DNA of 63,325 nt from Octopus bimaculoides. Its lineage: Eukaryota. Both the position numbers and the translations under genes were made by a program. The stretch covers positions 142,856,346-142,919,670 of the forward strand of contig NC_068984.1 of NCBI RefSeq assembly GCF_001194135.2. The letters are read 5' to 3'. Positions 12,469-24,021 of this stretch are shown piece by piece. Below the pieces are notes generated by a model that was not told the DNA's origin, searched no databases, and was given only the letters and a program-made list of their open reading frames with translations. The stretch's first letter is position 1, and the number at the start of each line of letters is the position of its first letter.

Positions 12469-15400
12469 AAGAATGGGTATGAGGGAGGTAAAGGTGTGAG
12501 GGTAATTGAGTGGTGCCGTGCAAATATATGTCTATTGTATATGTGTATGTACGTGGTTCGGTATCTATGTAGGTAGGTATTTCTGTATGCATGTGTTTGT
12601 GTGTGTGTATGTGACTTTATTTGTGTGTATGCAACTATTCACAAGTTCACAATCGAACAATATATATACATATGTATATACCCATCTCTCTCTATACACA
12701 CACAGATATATTTACGTATATATATATATATATATATATATATNNNNNNNNNNNNNNNNNNNNNNNNNNNNNNNNNNNNNNNNNNNNNNNNNNNNNNNNN
12801 NNNNNNNNNNNNNNNNNNNNNNNNNNNNNNNNNNNNNNNNNNNNNNNNNNNNNNNNNNNNNNNNNNNNNNNNNNNNNNNNNNNNNNNNNNNNNNNNNNNN
12901 NNNNNNNNNNNNNNNNNNNNNNNNNNNNNNNNNNNNNNNNNNNNNNNNNNNNNNNNNNNNNNNNNNNNNNNNNNNNNNNNNNNNNNNNNNNNNNNNNNNN
13001 NNNNNNNNNNNNNNNNNNNNNNNNNNNNNNNNNNNNNNNNNNNNNNNNNNNNNNNNNNNNNNNNNNNNNNNNNNNNNNNNNNNNNNNNNNNNNNNNNNNN
13101 NNNNNNNNNNNNNNNNNNNNNNNNNNNNNNNNNNNNNNNNNNNNNNNNNNNNNNNNNNNNNNNNNNNNNNNNNNNNNNNNNNNNNNNNNNNNNNNNNNNN
13201 NNNNNNNNNNNNNNNNNNNNNNNNNNNNNNNNNNNNNNNNNNNNNNNNNNNNNNNNNNNNNNNNNNNNNNNNNNNNNNNNNNNNNNNNNNNNNNNNNNNN
13301 NNNNNNNNNNNNNNNNNNNNNNNNNNNNNNNNNNNNNNNNNNNNNNNNNNNNNNNNNNNNNNNNNNNNNNNNNNNNNNNNNNNNNNNNNNNNNNNNNNNN
13401 NNNNNNNNNNNNNNNNNNNNNNNNNNNNNNNNNNNNNNNNNNNNNNNNNNNNNNNNNNNNNNNNNNNNNNNNNNNNNNNNNNNNNNNNNNNNNNNNNNNN
13501 NNNNNNNNNNNNNNNNNNNNNNNNNNNNNNNATATATATATGTCTGTATTTTGTGTATTTATAAGAAATATGTGTATGAATGAATGTATTTCTGTGAGTC
13601 TGTGTGTCTGTGTATGTGTGAGTTGTGTGTGTGCGTATGAGTGGATGAATGTTTTATATGTGATGTAGTTCTGTTTTCGCCTGCTTTATATCGACGACCT
13701 AACTCGTAGCACTTGGATATATTACATGTAATTTAGTTTATCTATCTGTCCATTTACTTTTCTATCCAGCGATATATATTTCTTCTATGTAGACACACAC
13801 AGACATGCCCACACACACTCACTCTCACACTGGTTGTACAAAAAGTAATGCAAAAGCAGGTATAATATTTTTTATTAACACTGGTCGTCTAAATTGTTTT
13901 TATCCCAAATAGAAGCAACCTGCTCCCAGTGAAGTCTTGATGAAGGACGGTGTAGGATATGCAGTATCAGAAGAAAACAAGTCGATTATGAAGGTAGCAA
14001 CAATCGCAAGAATAATGTGCGCAGAGAGATGAAGAGGTTTAAGTAGAAGGAAACAAGCAGTGAACACAAACCACGCAGTGAGAAATCATCAACTGTACCC
14101 CTTGATATGAACCGCCCATGTATGGACAGATTCGCGTAAGCAGACGTACCATAACTGAACTCTGATCACAAATGAATTGAAGAAGACGATCCAAGATTTT
14201 GGGTATCAGAAAATCATTGCAAATCGGTTAATTTTGCATTTGGCAACAGATTTACAGGTGCAAAGAGAGGAATTGTACTCTGGCGTCCAGGAATTATTTG
14301 AAGGCAATGTAGACCAGTCTTTTATCATCTGGTTTGTTGAATAGGCTACATCTATGGTACCTTGTTTAATTATAATGTTACTTAATAAATTAAAATCAAA
14401 TAAATTTCAATAGTCAAATTTTATCCCCAGCTGCAATATTTTAAGTAAAAATGTTCTTGTTCTGTACGTTACCGGATGTAATAACTTATCTTGTAATTTT
14501 CCAGGTTCATAATATAAAAAATATTATTTCTCTTGCTCGCATTTTTCCATGTAATCCATGTTTTTTCCAGGTTATGCTGTTATGCTAATTAATAATGTGT
14601 CAAATGTGTCAATTAGCGGTGTGGTTGATAATCTTTTCCTTACCACAATGATGCCGTTGACACACATTAAAAGTTCCCTTACAGAACTATATTCATTAAA
14701 AAAGTATAGAACTATATTACCGCCCTCAAATTTGAGAAACAAGCACTTATAACTTTTTTCTTTTAAAACTTCATTGCATGTGACTGATACCATGAAATTC
14801 CTCGAATTGAGCTCTATCATTTAAGCATAATTAAAATATACTTTGTTTTGAAAATAAAAAAAGTTATAATCGAATCCAATTTTTTGTCCTGTTTTATTTT
14901 TCATATATTACCACCCAAAGTTTTTGATACACATATTTATTACATGGGAACAAAACTATGAAATTCTTCACACTTTCTTCTATCATTGAAGCTAAGATAA
15001 ATATATTTTACATTTAAAATAAATAAAAAAAAAGTTATTTAGATCTGAACTTGAGTGGAAACGTTACTTACCCTCCTATAACGTCGCTTCAAATTTTGAT
15101 GTAAACTTTTTTCTACTGGATCAAATCTGAATTTGTTTATACCAAAATGTTGCTAGGGACCAGTCCTCTACAAAAACGTCAACAGTTTTCAATTTGGTTA
15201 AGAACTGAATTAGCGATAAGCTCTGAAATATGCTGCGTGTGAGTAAATTGTGGCCTCAAGAACATTATTCAACTACTACGCATTGTGGCTGTACAGGCGT
15301 ACACGGGTGTTGCAGTCACGTACACAGCAACTGCATTTGAAGGAGCTCTCTGCCAGGTGTCTTAGGAATTAAAACAATATATAGCATTTAAATTTTCTTC

Positions 15401-15951
15401 GTATGTGAATTATTTTGGAAATTATGATAAATTTTTCGAACAGTCGCAAAGGGAGATCGCCGGAAAAAAACATATTTATCCTTTTCTATTCAATTGCAAT
15501 AATAAACATTTTAGTTTTTTTGAAACCATAATATCAAATGCGAATGTGTATGGAATATCAATGAATGATATAGATGGGAAATGCGAAACAAGCAGAAGAA
15601 CAAAAAAAAGCGTTTTGAAAACAGTCAATATTTTTGTAGTTCAAAAATTGCGATTTATGACAAAAATATCCTCTACAATTAGCTAGAGTTAATAATGACA
15701 AACTTTAATTACTGAATATCGTTAAACACACCTCTGCAAATGCAAAGTACATAAGCATTTCACTTTAAATGCAACAAACAATCGGCAGTGAGGAGACTGT
15801 TCTTAGTTGATCCCCAAATGGGGCTCATGGCACGCAATGGGTTAAGAGGTACCAGATACATATGTGAAAATATCTTTTAATTCGCTTGCTTTTTCTTGCA
15901 GATTGAGTAAAGGTAAACAAGTTTGATCCCTAGGTCTGTTGTCCATCTTAC

Positions 15952-16125
15952 ACGTAATTTTATCGTCAATGAACAGATCTTTTTTCCTATAACCACATTT
16001 TTTCTATTACAGTCGACCCTAGATACGCTTTGTGGCATCACCGTTAATCCAGCAGAATTGTAGCTAAAGGCTTTCCAATCGTCAGCATCCATCTTTTTTT
16101 CGCCATATTCAGTGCACTGCGGCTT
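15952..16125 (-). CDS. Candidate 174-bp exon (phase 0 to 0), KPQCTEYGEKKMDADDWKAFSYNSAGLTVMPQSVSRVDCNRKNVVIGKKICSLTIKLR
   Basis: Open frame begins exactly at a tag acceptor (weak pyrimidine tract) and ends at cgt|gtaaga; protein-like composition. Confidence 0.35.
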
Positions 16126-16479
16126 CTATTATTAAAACACTCCTCTTTTCAAAGACATTATAATGCGAATACAGAGAAACATTTCACTGTTATTCTCAGC
16201 ACATCAAGCGACCATGTATTAACACAAGTTACATCCTGTTCGAATTAGCTTCCTTTAATATGACAACGATATATTGCGTGGAATTGTCCAGCTCTTATGC
16301 AAGTGGCAGAAGTTAGATTAAGTCTAAAAGATGAATTAATAGAGATATTGAAGTTGTCTCTTATACAAAAATGCTTTAGACAGAAACTAACGTTAATATA
16401 CTGAACACATTCTTTACTGTGTTACCTCTTAGGTCAGCTCCATTTTAGACCAACATCATAAATTCGTCCATAAATCCAT

Positions 16480-17010
16480 GTATCTATGTTTGTATGTATG
16501 CATGTATGTATGTATGTATGTATGAATGTATGTAGGTATATATATGTATGTATGCATGTATGTGTGTGTGTATGTATATATGTATGTATGTGGATATGTA
16601 TGTATGTAAACATATATGTATGTATTGTATATGTATGTATGTACGTATGTACGTATGTATGTATGTATGCATGTATGTATGAATGTATGTATGTATTTGT
16701 GTGTTTTTCCATGTGTGTCTATTGCTATATTCTTTTCTGCTCTGTGCATCTGTGTGTTTGTGTGCGTACATATAAATATACATACCTCCATACATAAATC
16801 ATGCGTATATATATATATATATATATATNNNNNNNNNNNNNNNNNNNNNNNNNNNNNNNNNNNNNNNNNNNNNNNNNNNNNNNNNNNNNNATATGTATGT
16901 ATATATATATATGTATGTATATATATATATGTATGTATATATATATATATGTATGTATATATATATATGTATGTATATATATATATGTATGTATATATAT
17001 ATATATATTA
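16480..17010. repeat. (TATG)n / (TA)n compound microsatellite with a gap
   Basis: Direct repeats; higher-order atatatatatgtatgt units at 16890-17005. Confidence 0.9.
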
Positions 17011-19645
17011 CAGGATATTATATTACGTGCGTGTACATGATCTATGTATAAAACTACACATAGTGATACAAGGTGACTTCACACATACACGCACGCAGGC
17101 GTACAGACATAGGTTTATATGTATGCATGTATGTGTGTTTATGCGTGTGTGTATGTCCCTCCATACATATGTACGTTCGTGTGTATTTATATACATATTG
17201 TGTCTCTTAAACTGAGTTGTTCTGAAGACGCTATCCCAACGCGATGCATAATTATAGTTAATTCTTAGTAATAACCAATAAGGAGAATTGTTAAATAACT
17301 TTGCCCTCCTTCTGCTCATTACCATAATCTTATTAGGTATTTGTGATAGCAGGAAGCTTACCGATATACCGAAGGAACTAAGTGGTTTTGACCTTGAAAA
17401 GGATTTCTGATCTTTACTGATTACCAGAGCAAATTATATTTCAGGAACTCTCCAGTCCTACCTACGTAGAATGTTTGAGTCTCCGCATTCGTGGTTGCTT
17501 TAGAAAATAATTGTTGAACGAGAAATATCCGAGATTATATCAGTTACTACATACTGCATCCCGATTCTTTTGCCGTATTACTTCTTGAAACTATAATGTA
17601 GTGCTGAATAAGCCATCACATTCTAACCCAACTGTCTTTGTAAATAGATCTTAATTAACGACCATACACAGTAGAGCCATAAGTTTCGGCCATTTTTTTC
17701 AACCTCACATTTGATAGAAAAATACAAGATTGTTTTCGAATAGTTTTGTTTTTGCACACAGATTCTGTGTAGCATCCTGTACATCTTAACCTTTTCTGCT
17801 TCGAATAAAATGCGGTTCGAGTTCAATTTATTTTTTCCTACTGTTAGCAAGTTGTGTGATGACACATATACGAGATTTTGGGCAGAAGAAAATACAGGAG
17901 GATCTGTGAATTATGATTTTATTGAACATATTCCCTTCTCAGATTCACACACTTATTGCAGCGGTCCTTCAGTTATTCTAAACCACGTAAAAGACTCGAA
18001 CGGTTGGACCTCCAGCCAAGCATTTCACGATACCCTTAAACCCAGAAACTTTTCAGCAATCCATTCCCTATATATATATTGTCTTGTTCTCTCTCATTGT
18101 CTCGACGAGTTCTCTCAGATTGTATATCTACGCTGTTTATTTATATTACATGAATGGAGTTGGAAACATGTTACAGGTTTGTGATTGGTTTGTGATGTTA
18201 TAGGTTTGTGACCGATTAGTTGAATAGATATTTAACCAATTGACTAATAATAAAGAAGTGGAACGGAACCAGAGCCAGTATTATTATTATTGGCTTAATG
18301 ACCTTCCCAAGACACAACAAAATTTGTTTCAACACACAAATCCACATCAAGAATCTTGAAAACCAAACCAAGTACAAAATCGATGTAGGTTAAACATTTA
18401 ACTTTTGCCGTAATCCATTGTTCACTCAGTCTCAGGTCGACTAAAATCTGAGAGCGAAATTATCTGGACAGAAATTGTTACGAATCCGATAAGTTGGTTC
18501 CTGTGTTCGTCTTCAATGTTAGAATTATTTCGTCCCAGAGGGAAATTGCCATTTTGTGTGTGCGAAAGTTTTAGCTAAGGTCCTTACGTTGAAAACAATC
18601 AGACATGATTTTCCTTTTCATTCACACACACGAATTTCTTACCACGAAAGTCCCCCACACCCTTATTCTCGGATTTAAAAAAAAAAAATATATATAATAG
18701 CAAAGCGTATAAAGATGTTGCTGTCGGGAGAATTTGAACCAAGTTCACTCGCTAGCACTCCCGCTAGAATGTAACTCAATAGTGTAATAAACTATCGGAA
18801 TACACATGAGCGTCAATTGACTAATTATCGCTTTATGCCAGTTTGGACCACGATGGAAAAAGACAAACAGTAAAATGAAAGAACCAAGAACACACAGACA
18901 CAGACATATATGTATATATATACACATCCGTATATATATATATATATATATATATATANNNNNNNNNNNNNNNNNNNNNNNNNNNNNNNNNNNNNNNNNN
19001 NNNNNNNNNNNNNNNNNNNNNNNNNNNNNNNNNNNNNNNNNNNNNNNNNNNNNNNNNNNNNNNNNNNNNNNNNNNNNNNNNNNNNNNNNNNNNNNNNNNN
19101 NNNNNNNNNNNNNNNNNNNNNNNNNNNNNNNNNNNNNNNNNNNNNNNNNNNNNNNNNNNNNNNNNNNNNNNNNNNNNNNNNNNNNNNNNNNNNNNNNNNN
19201 NNNNNNNNNNNNNNNNNNNNNNNNNNNNNNNNNNNNNNNNNNNNNNNNNNNNNNNNGTGTTTATATCAATTAGAATTTTTACGATTTATATAAATTTGAT
19301 TTTGTTAAATATTCTTCTTCTTCTTCTTGTTTACGTTTGTTGTTTTCATTCTCAGCTGTTGTTGCTACTTCAGTTACTGTAATGCTTTTCTTTTTCTTAT
19401 TTGTTTTGTTTTTGTGTTTCTCTCAGTTAAATATTCTTTCTATTGTAATGATTTCATGTTTAGGAGTATTCCCTAAAATTATAGATGCATTAAAACTAAT
19501 TACATCTGTGAAGTTTTAATCTATTTTTTTCTGGCAGATAACACATAAAATTGTAATTAATTTTAATATTTATTGAAACAAAGTTGTGGTGTTGTGGATG
19601 GTACTGGTACAGTGCAATATGAAATTATACATTACTGTATCTTAC

Positions 19646-19829
19646 GTTCTGGCTTTCTTTGGGTCTTGGTATCAAATTCAGCCTGAATTTCCAACACGGC
19701 CCTTGTCCTAAATGCCAAACGCAACTTTCCATAGGACACACTAATTTATCAGAAGTTGCATATTTGATTTCATCATCCCTGTAGTTTGGTAAATTAAGTA
19801 CCAGTGTTTCACTGGGGCCGACGTCACAA
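19646..19829 (-). CDS. Candidate exon or coding relic, CDVGPSETLVLNLPNYRDDEIKYATSDKLVCPMESCVWHLGQGPCWKFRLNLIPRPKESQN
   Basis: Donor aac|gtaaga, possible acceptor ctaatgaattatag; the frame continues upstream to ~20167 with only two TGA interruptions. Confidence 0.35.
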
Positions 19830-20271
19830 CTATAATTCATTAGTCACTGAAGATATGGTGTTGTTGAATTACAAGAATTGTTGACTACCTGATAAACCAA
19901 AGCTACTTTTAAATTTCTTGCATTCCCTTTCCCATTCCAACGGTAAATTCTAATATCTTTGACTGAGGTTCACATTGATTGTCTTAGGATCAAATAAAAT
20001 AGAGAAAGCATCTGATGAATATTTGGTCTCCATTTCAACCGAAATCGTCGCTCCTGTGTGAAACTGTTGTCTCGTGGACTGTAACGAATTGATTTAAATC
20101 GGGCTTCGTGACGAGATCCTGGGGCAAAGGGTGAGATAAAGCAAGCATCTCCGCTTGACACTGTGAATTATAAGATTTATGGAGAGTACTTAGCTTTTCT
20201 GAAATTTCGTCTCTCATTTAATTATCCCAAAATGCACCATTCCAAAACTGACTGAGCGAATGGCTCTAGAA

Positions 20272-20958
20272 CAGCGGTTCTCAATCTATTTCTGTCTCTT
20301 TGATTCCTATTTAACTATTCAGTGTTTTAAAATTCCTGTTATATTTTTATAGCTAAATATTACGCATACCTCTCTGATAATCGCTCCTTGTCGCGCGGGG
20401 GTGGGATTTACGTGGAGCAACGATGACGTCGGGAGTTCTAAACTCCTGGTAGGACCACTCCTGGCGACAAGGTCGAAGACGAGTTTGAAGACTAAGCGCA
20501 GCCAATCCCCAACAGCTCTAACAGTGGAACAAGCGAATGTTGATCAGAACAGATCTCAACGCTTGAACCTGCGGTTGAAGAGGTCAACGCATGACGAATA
20601 TGCTTCAGAAGGCGCCGCTCAAAACTATAACCGAGTCAACGGCAGTTTGTTGCAAGTTCATAGTTGAATCTTGTACGTCTCATTCCACATGTGCCGCAGT
20701 GAAAGGTCATGAAATTAAGAAAATCAAATTTGTGAGTCATTTCCTGGCAAGCTGAGACTCAACATATTTATGCCATCGGCACTTTCTTTCCTCTACTCTG
20801 ATATTTTCTTCCCTTCTGACCATTAGGAACAATACAAAAAAGAATCTTAAAATATTTCGTGTATTGTCGAAATATGACCAAAATATTTTACATACACCTT
20901 AGCAACAAAATCTCATATAAACCCCTAGAGTCATATGAACCCTGGTTGAGAACCACTG
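20272..20958. mobile_element. hAT (Charlie-like) non-autonomous DNA transposon
   Basis: TIRs cagcggttctcaatc (20272-20286) and ggttgagaaccactg (20944-20958); left TSD ctctagaa, right TSD ctctagag displaced to 21358-21365 by a SINE. Confidence 0.8.
20384..20700 (+). mobile_element. RTE-clade LINE 5' end fragment nested in the hAT element
   Basis: GC-rich ccttgtcgc...gtgggatttacgtgg...gggagtt...ctcctggtaggaccac...ggtcgaag resembles recalled RTE/BovB 5' termini; folds into a closed multibranch structure. Confidence 0.6.
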
Positions 20959-20960
20959 CT

Positions 20961-21350
20961 GTGTTGTTGTTGGCGCTCCGTCGCTTACGACGACGAGGGT
21001 TCCATTTGATCCGATCAACAGAACAGCCTGCTCGTGAAATTAACGTGCAAGTGGCTGAGCACTCCAAAGACACGTGTACCCTTAACGTAGTTCTCGGGGA
21101 TATTCAGCGTGACACAGTGTGACAAGGCTGACCCTTTGAATTACAGGTACAACAGAAACAGGAAGAAAGAGTGAGAGAAAGTTGTGGTGAAAGAGTACAA
21201 CAGGGTTTGCCACCATCCCCTGCCGGAGCCTCGTGGAGCTTTAGGTGTTTTCGCTCAATAAACACTCAGAACGCCCGGTCTGGGAATCGAAGCCGTGATC
21301 TTGTGACCGTGAGTCCGCTGCCCTAACCACTGGGCCATTGCGCCTCCACT
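20961..21350 (-). mobile_element. SINE family B (tRNA head, RTE-like tail), variant middle module
   Basis: Head gtggaggcgcaatggcccagtggttaggg (box A)...ttcgattccc (box B); tail cgtcgtaagcgacggagcgccaacaacaac; imperfect TSD accactgct / acctctgct. Confidence 0.9.
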
Positions 21351-21939
21351 ACCTCTGCTCTAGAGAAAAGGTATGAGGAACTAGATGCTTTTCGCTGCCC
21401 GAACTTGGCTTAACCGAGAATCGAAACAGTGGTGTACGTTATTTTCAAAGGCTATAATTTTCGTCTTACGTTAAGCTGTTTCTCCTCCCCTCTACCTGCG
21501 TGAAATAAAACAATATAAAAGTTATATTGAATCAGTAAGACGTAACCTAATCTATTTCTTACCGTCGACTTCGTCAACCAAGCAACACCCAACCTCGATG
21601 CATCATACACCAAAACACTACCACCTATACAACAACCACCAACACCACTCGCAACACCAATCATAACCCCAAAACACTGTTCAAAAACCGAAAAAATAAA
21701 TCCAAATTCTGTTCATTCATTGTATCCAGTCAATCGGAAAGAACCAGATTCCAACAGAAGATAAATATGTCAATGTGATTTATATACCTTTAACAAAATC
21801 TCTTTCGCTGATCTTAGCAGAAATCTTTCAAAATGTCTTTGATGCCTGCAATAGACAGAACTTCAAACATAGCCAAGATAAAATTTATGATAGAATCTGG
21901 TTCTGGCTTTGGTTGATGAACTAGATTTGGTTGAAGGTA

Positions 21940-22183
21940 GAGGTGATGGTGTTGGTGGTGGTAGTGGCGATGGTGTTGCAAGGGAGGGGGGGGAAGGAAA
22001 GTAGTGCGGAGGGTTAGTGGTTGTGGTGTTGTGGTTTTTGGAATTCATGGCTGCGTTGGTAGGAGCGATGTTATGGTGGCGGTTGAGGTGGTGGTGGTGG
22101 TGCTGGTGGTGATTGTTTTGGCGGTAGTAGTGGTGGTTTTGATATTAGTGGTGCTGATTTCAGTACTGCTTGTAGTGGTAGAT

Positions 22184-22234
<51 letters not shown>

Positions 22235-22330
22235 ATATTGGAGGTTATTTATAGTGATATTTGAGGCTGGTGGAAGTGATGGTGATGGTGGTCTCACTCC
22301 TGTTGTCAGTATTGCTGATATTTCAATCTC

Positions 22331-22386
<56 letters not shown>

Positions 22387-22760
22387 CAGCAGAAGCAGCA
22401 GCAGTAGTAGTAGTAGTAATTGTCATTGTTGTAGTAATAGTTATAATAGCTGTAATTGTAGTTGGGATTGTAGTTAGCTGTTCTAGTAGTAGTAGAAGAA
22501 GCAGAATTAGTAGTAGTCGAAGAAGCAGCAGCAGTAGTAGTAAACGTTGTTGTTGTACTAATAGTGGAAGCATCTGTAGTTATGGTAGTTGTATTAGTAG
22601 TCGTTGATGTCGTTGTAGTAGTAGTAGTAGTAGTAGTGGTGGTAGTTTAATTTGTTGCTGTTGTTGCTCATGTCTTGTTGATCTTCATTTGTGTATAGAT
22701 ATATAGGTATTTAAAGTGGTGATGTTGTCGATGGTGGTGGTGCTGATGGTGTTCGTCATA
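21940..22760. repeat. (GTA/GTG/GCA)n triplet mosaic
   Basis: Low-complexity triplet runs. Confidence 0.9.
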
Positions 22761-23132
22761 ATGACTTATTTCGGCATAAGGCCTGAAATGTTAACATCGA
22801 TCTCAGGACTCTTTGTCTGCCGGGTTAGAAAACAACGCAGACATATTGTTTGGACGGACACATTGGGCAGGGTCTTTGACATCGGGCCTGATTCGAATGC
22901 TGCCACAATACGAAGGATAAGGCAATAAAAACAAAAATTAAAAGACGCCCGTGTTATATGAACGGATGGAGGGGTTTGCAACGGGTTCGATTCATGGAGC
23001 GGGGGACATTTCTGAAACGGCAGAATGGGCAGAATGACGGACTGTATGAATTAAACCACTCGTTCTCAATCTGATGATCCGCAAAGGTTGTCCTGGGGGT
23101 CTGTGAACTAAATTCAAAATTTCATATATGTA

Positions 23133-23238
23133 GCCCGAGGCTATAGTAGAAGACCCTTGCCCAAGGTGCCACGCGGTGGGACTGAACCCGGAACCATGTG
23201 GTTGGTAAGCAAGCTACTTACCACATAGCCATTCCTGC
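23133..23238 (-). mobile_element. SINE family A head
   Basis: cccgaggctatagtagaagacccttgcccaaggtgccacgc...gaacccggaaccatgtgg. Confidence 0.9.
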
Positions 23239-23248
23239 TCCTTGTAAA

Positions 23249-23394
23249 ATGTTCTGAGTTCAAATTCCGCTGGTCTCGACCTTGCCCTTCATCCTTTCGG
23301 TGTCGATAAAACAAGTAACTTTTGAACACTAGGCTCGATGTTATCGATTTAGCCCATCCCTCGAAATATCTGCCCTTGTATCAAAATCTGAAAC
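23249..23394 (+). mobile_element. SINE family C, 5'-truncated
   Basis: gttctgagttcaaattccgc...ttcatcctttcggtgtcgataaaacaagta...ccttgtatcaaaatctgaaacc. Confidence 0.8.
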
Positions 23395-23780
23395 CGCTAT
23401 TTTGGCCCACATTGGCACCTATCGAGGTCTGTTATTATCTCGACACTTAAACATCCTTCGGTGACCATATCCGGATGATTCTCAAGCAGTGACTCGAGAC
23501 AACATTACTTAAGTCTCACTGACCAGAGGAGAGCTGATATTTTCAATATAATATCTAAAAGTAAATATCAAATACATAGGGGTAGAACTCGGGGTAGGAC
23601 TAGGGGTAGCTAGGGTGGTGCGCTGCTTATCTTCATTTAAGTCCTTCTGAAGTAGGCATATTAGTAACCAACGGAATTTAAGCCATGGCCATCTAGACAT
23701 TTATATTTTCCATAGAGAGGAGATGGACAGGTAACACTAGATTCACCAGTGTGTGTGTGTGTGTGTGTGCGTGCGCGTGT

Positions 23781-23850
23781 GTAGGTGAGCGTGCGTAGGT
23801 GCACGTGCGTAGGTGCACGTGCGTAGGTGCACGTGCGTAGGTGCGCGTGC
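23781..23850. repeat. 14-bp minisatellite (gtaggtgcacgtgc) x5
   Basis: Three perfect and two variant units. Confidence 0.95.
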
Positions 23851-23963
23851 ATGAGAGCGTGTGAGTGTGTGTCTGAGCGGACCTGACTGTAAGTATACAC
23901 GAATACATACACACACACACTCATACATGTACATAAATATTTGTACGTATACACCTACACACG

Positions 23964-24021
<58 letters not shown>

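Noticed and set aside
13829-14300. Mariner-like TIR (tggttgtacaaaaagtaatgc)
   Set aside because: No matching second TIR or transposase motif found.
14558-14820. Open frames on both strands with a gtaagg donor at ~14643
   Set aside because: No convincing acceptor or phase fit, and no recognisable motif.
23716-23730. Possible 15-nt plus-strand microexon (ttttccatag|...cag|gtaaca)
   Set aside because: Too short to distinguish from chance, with no partner exons.
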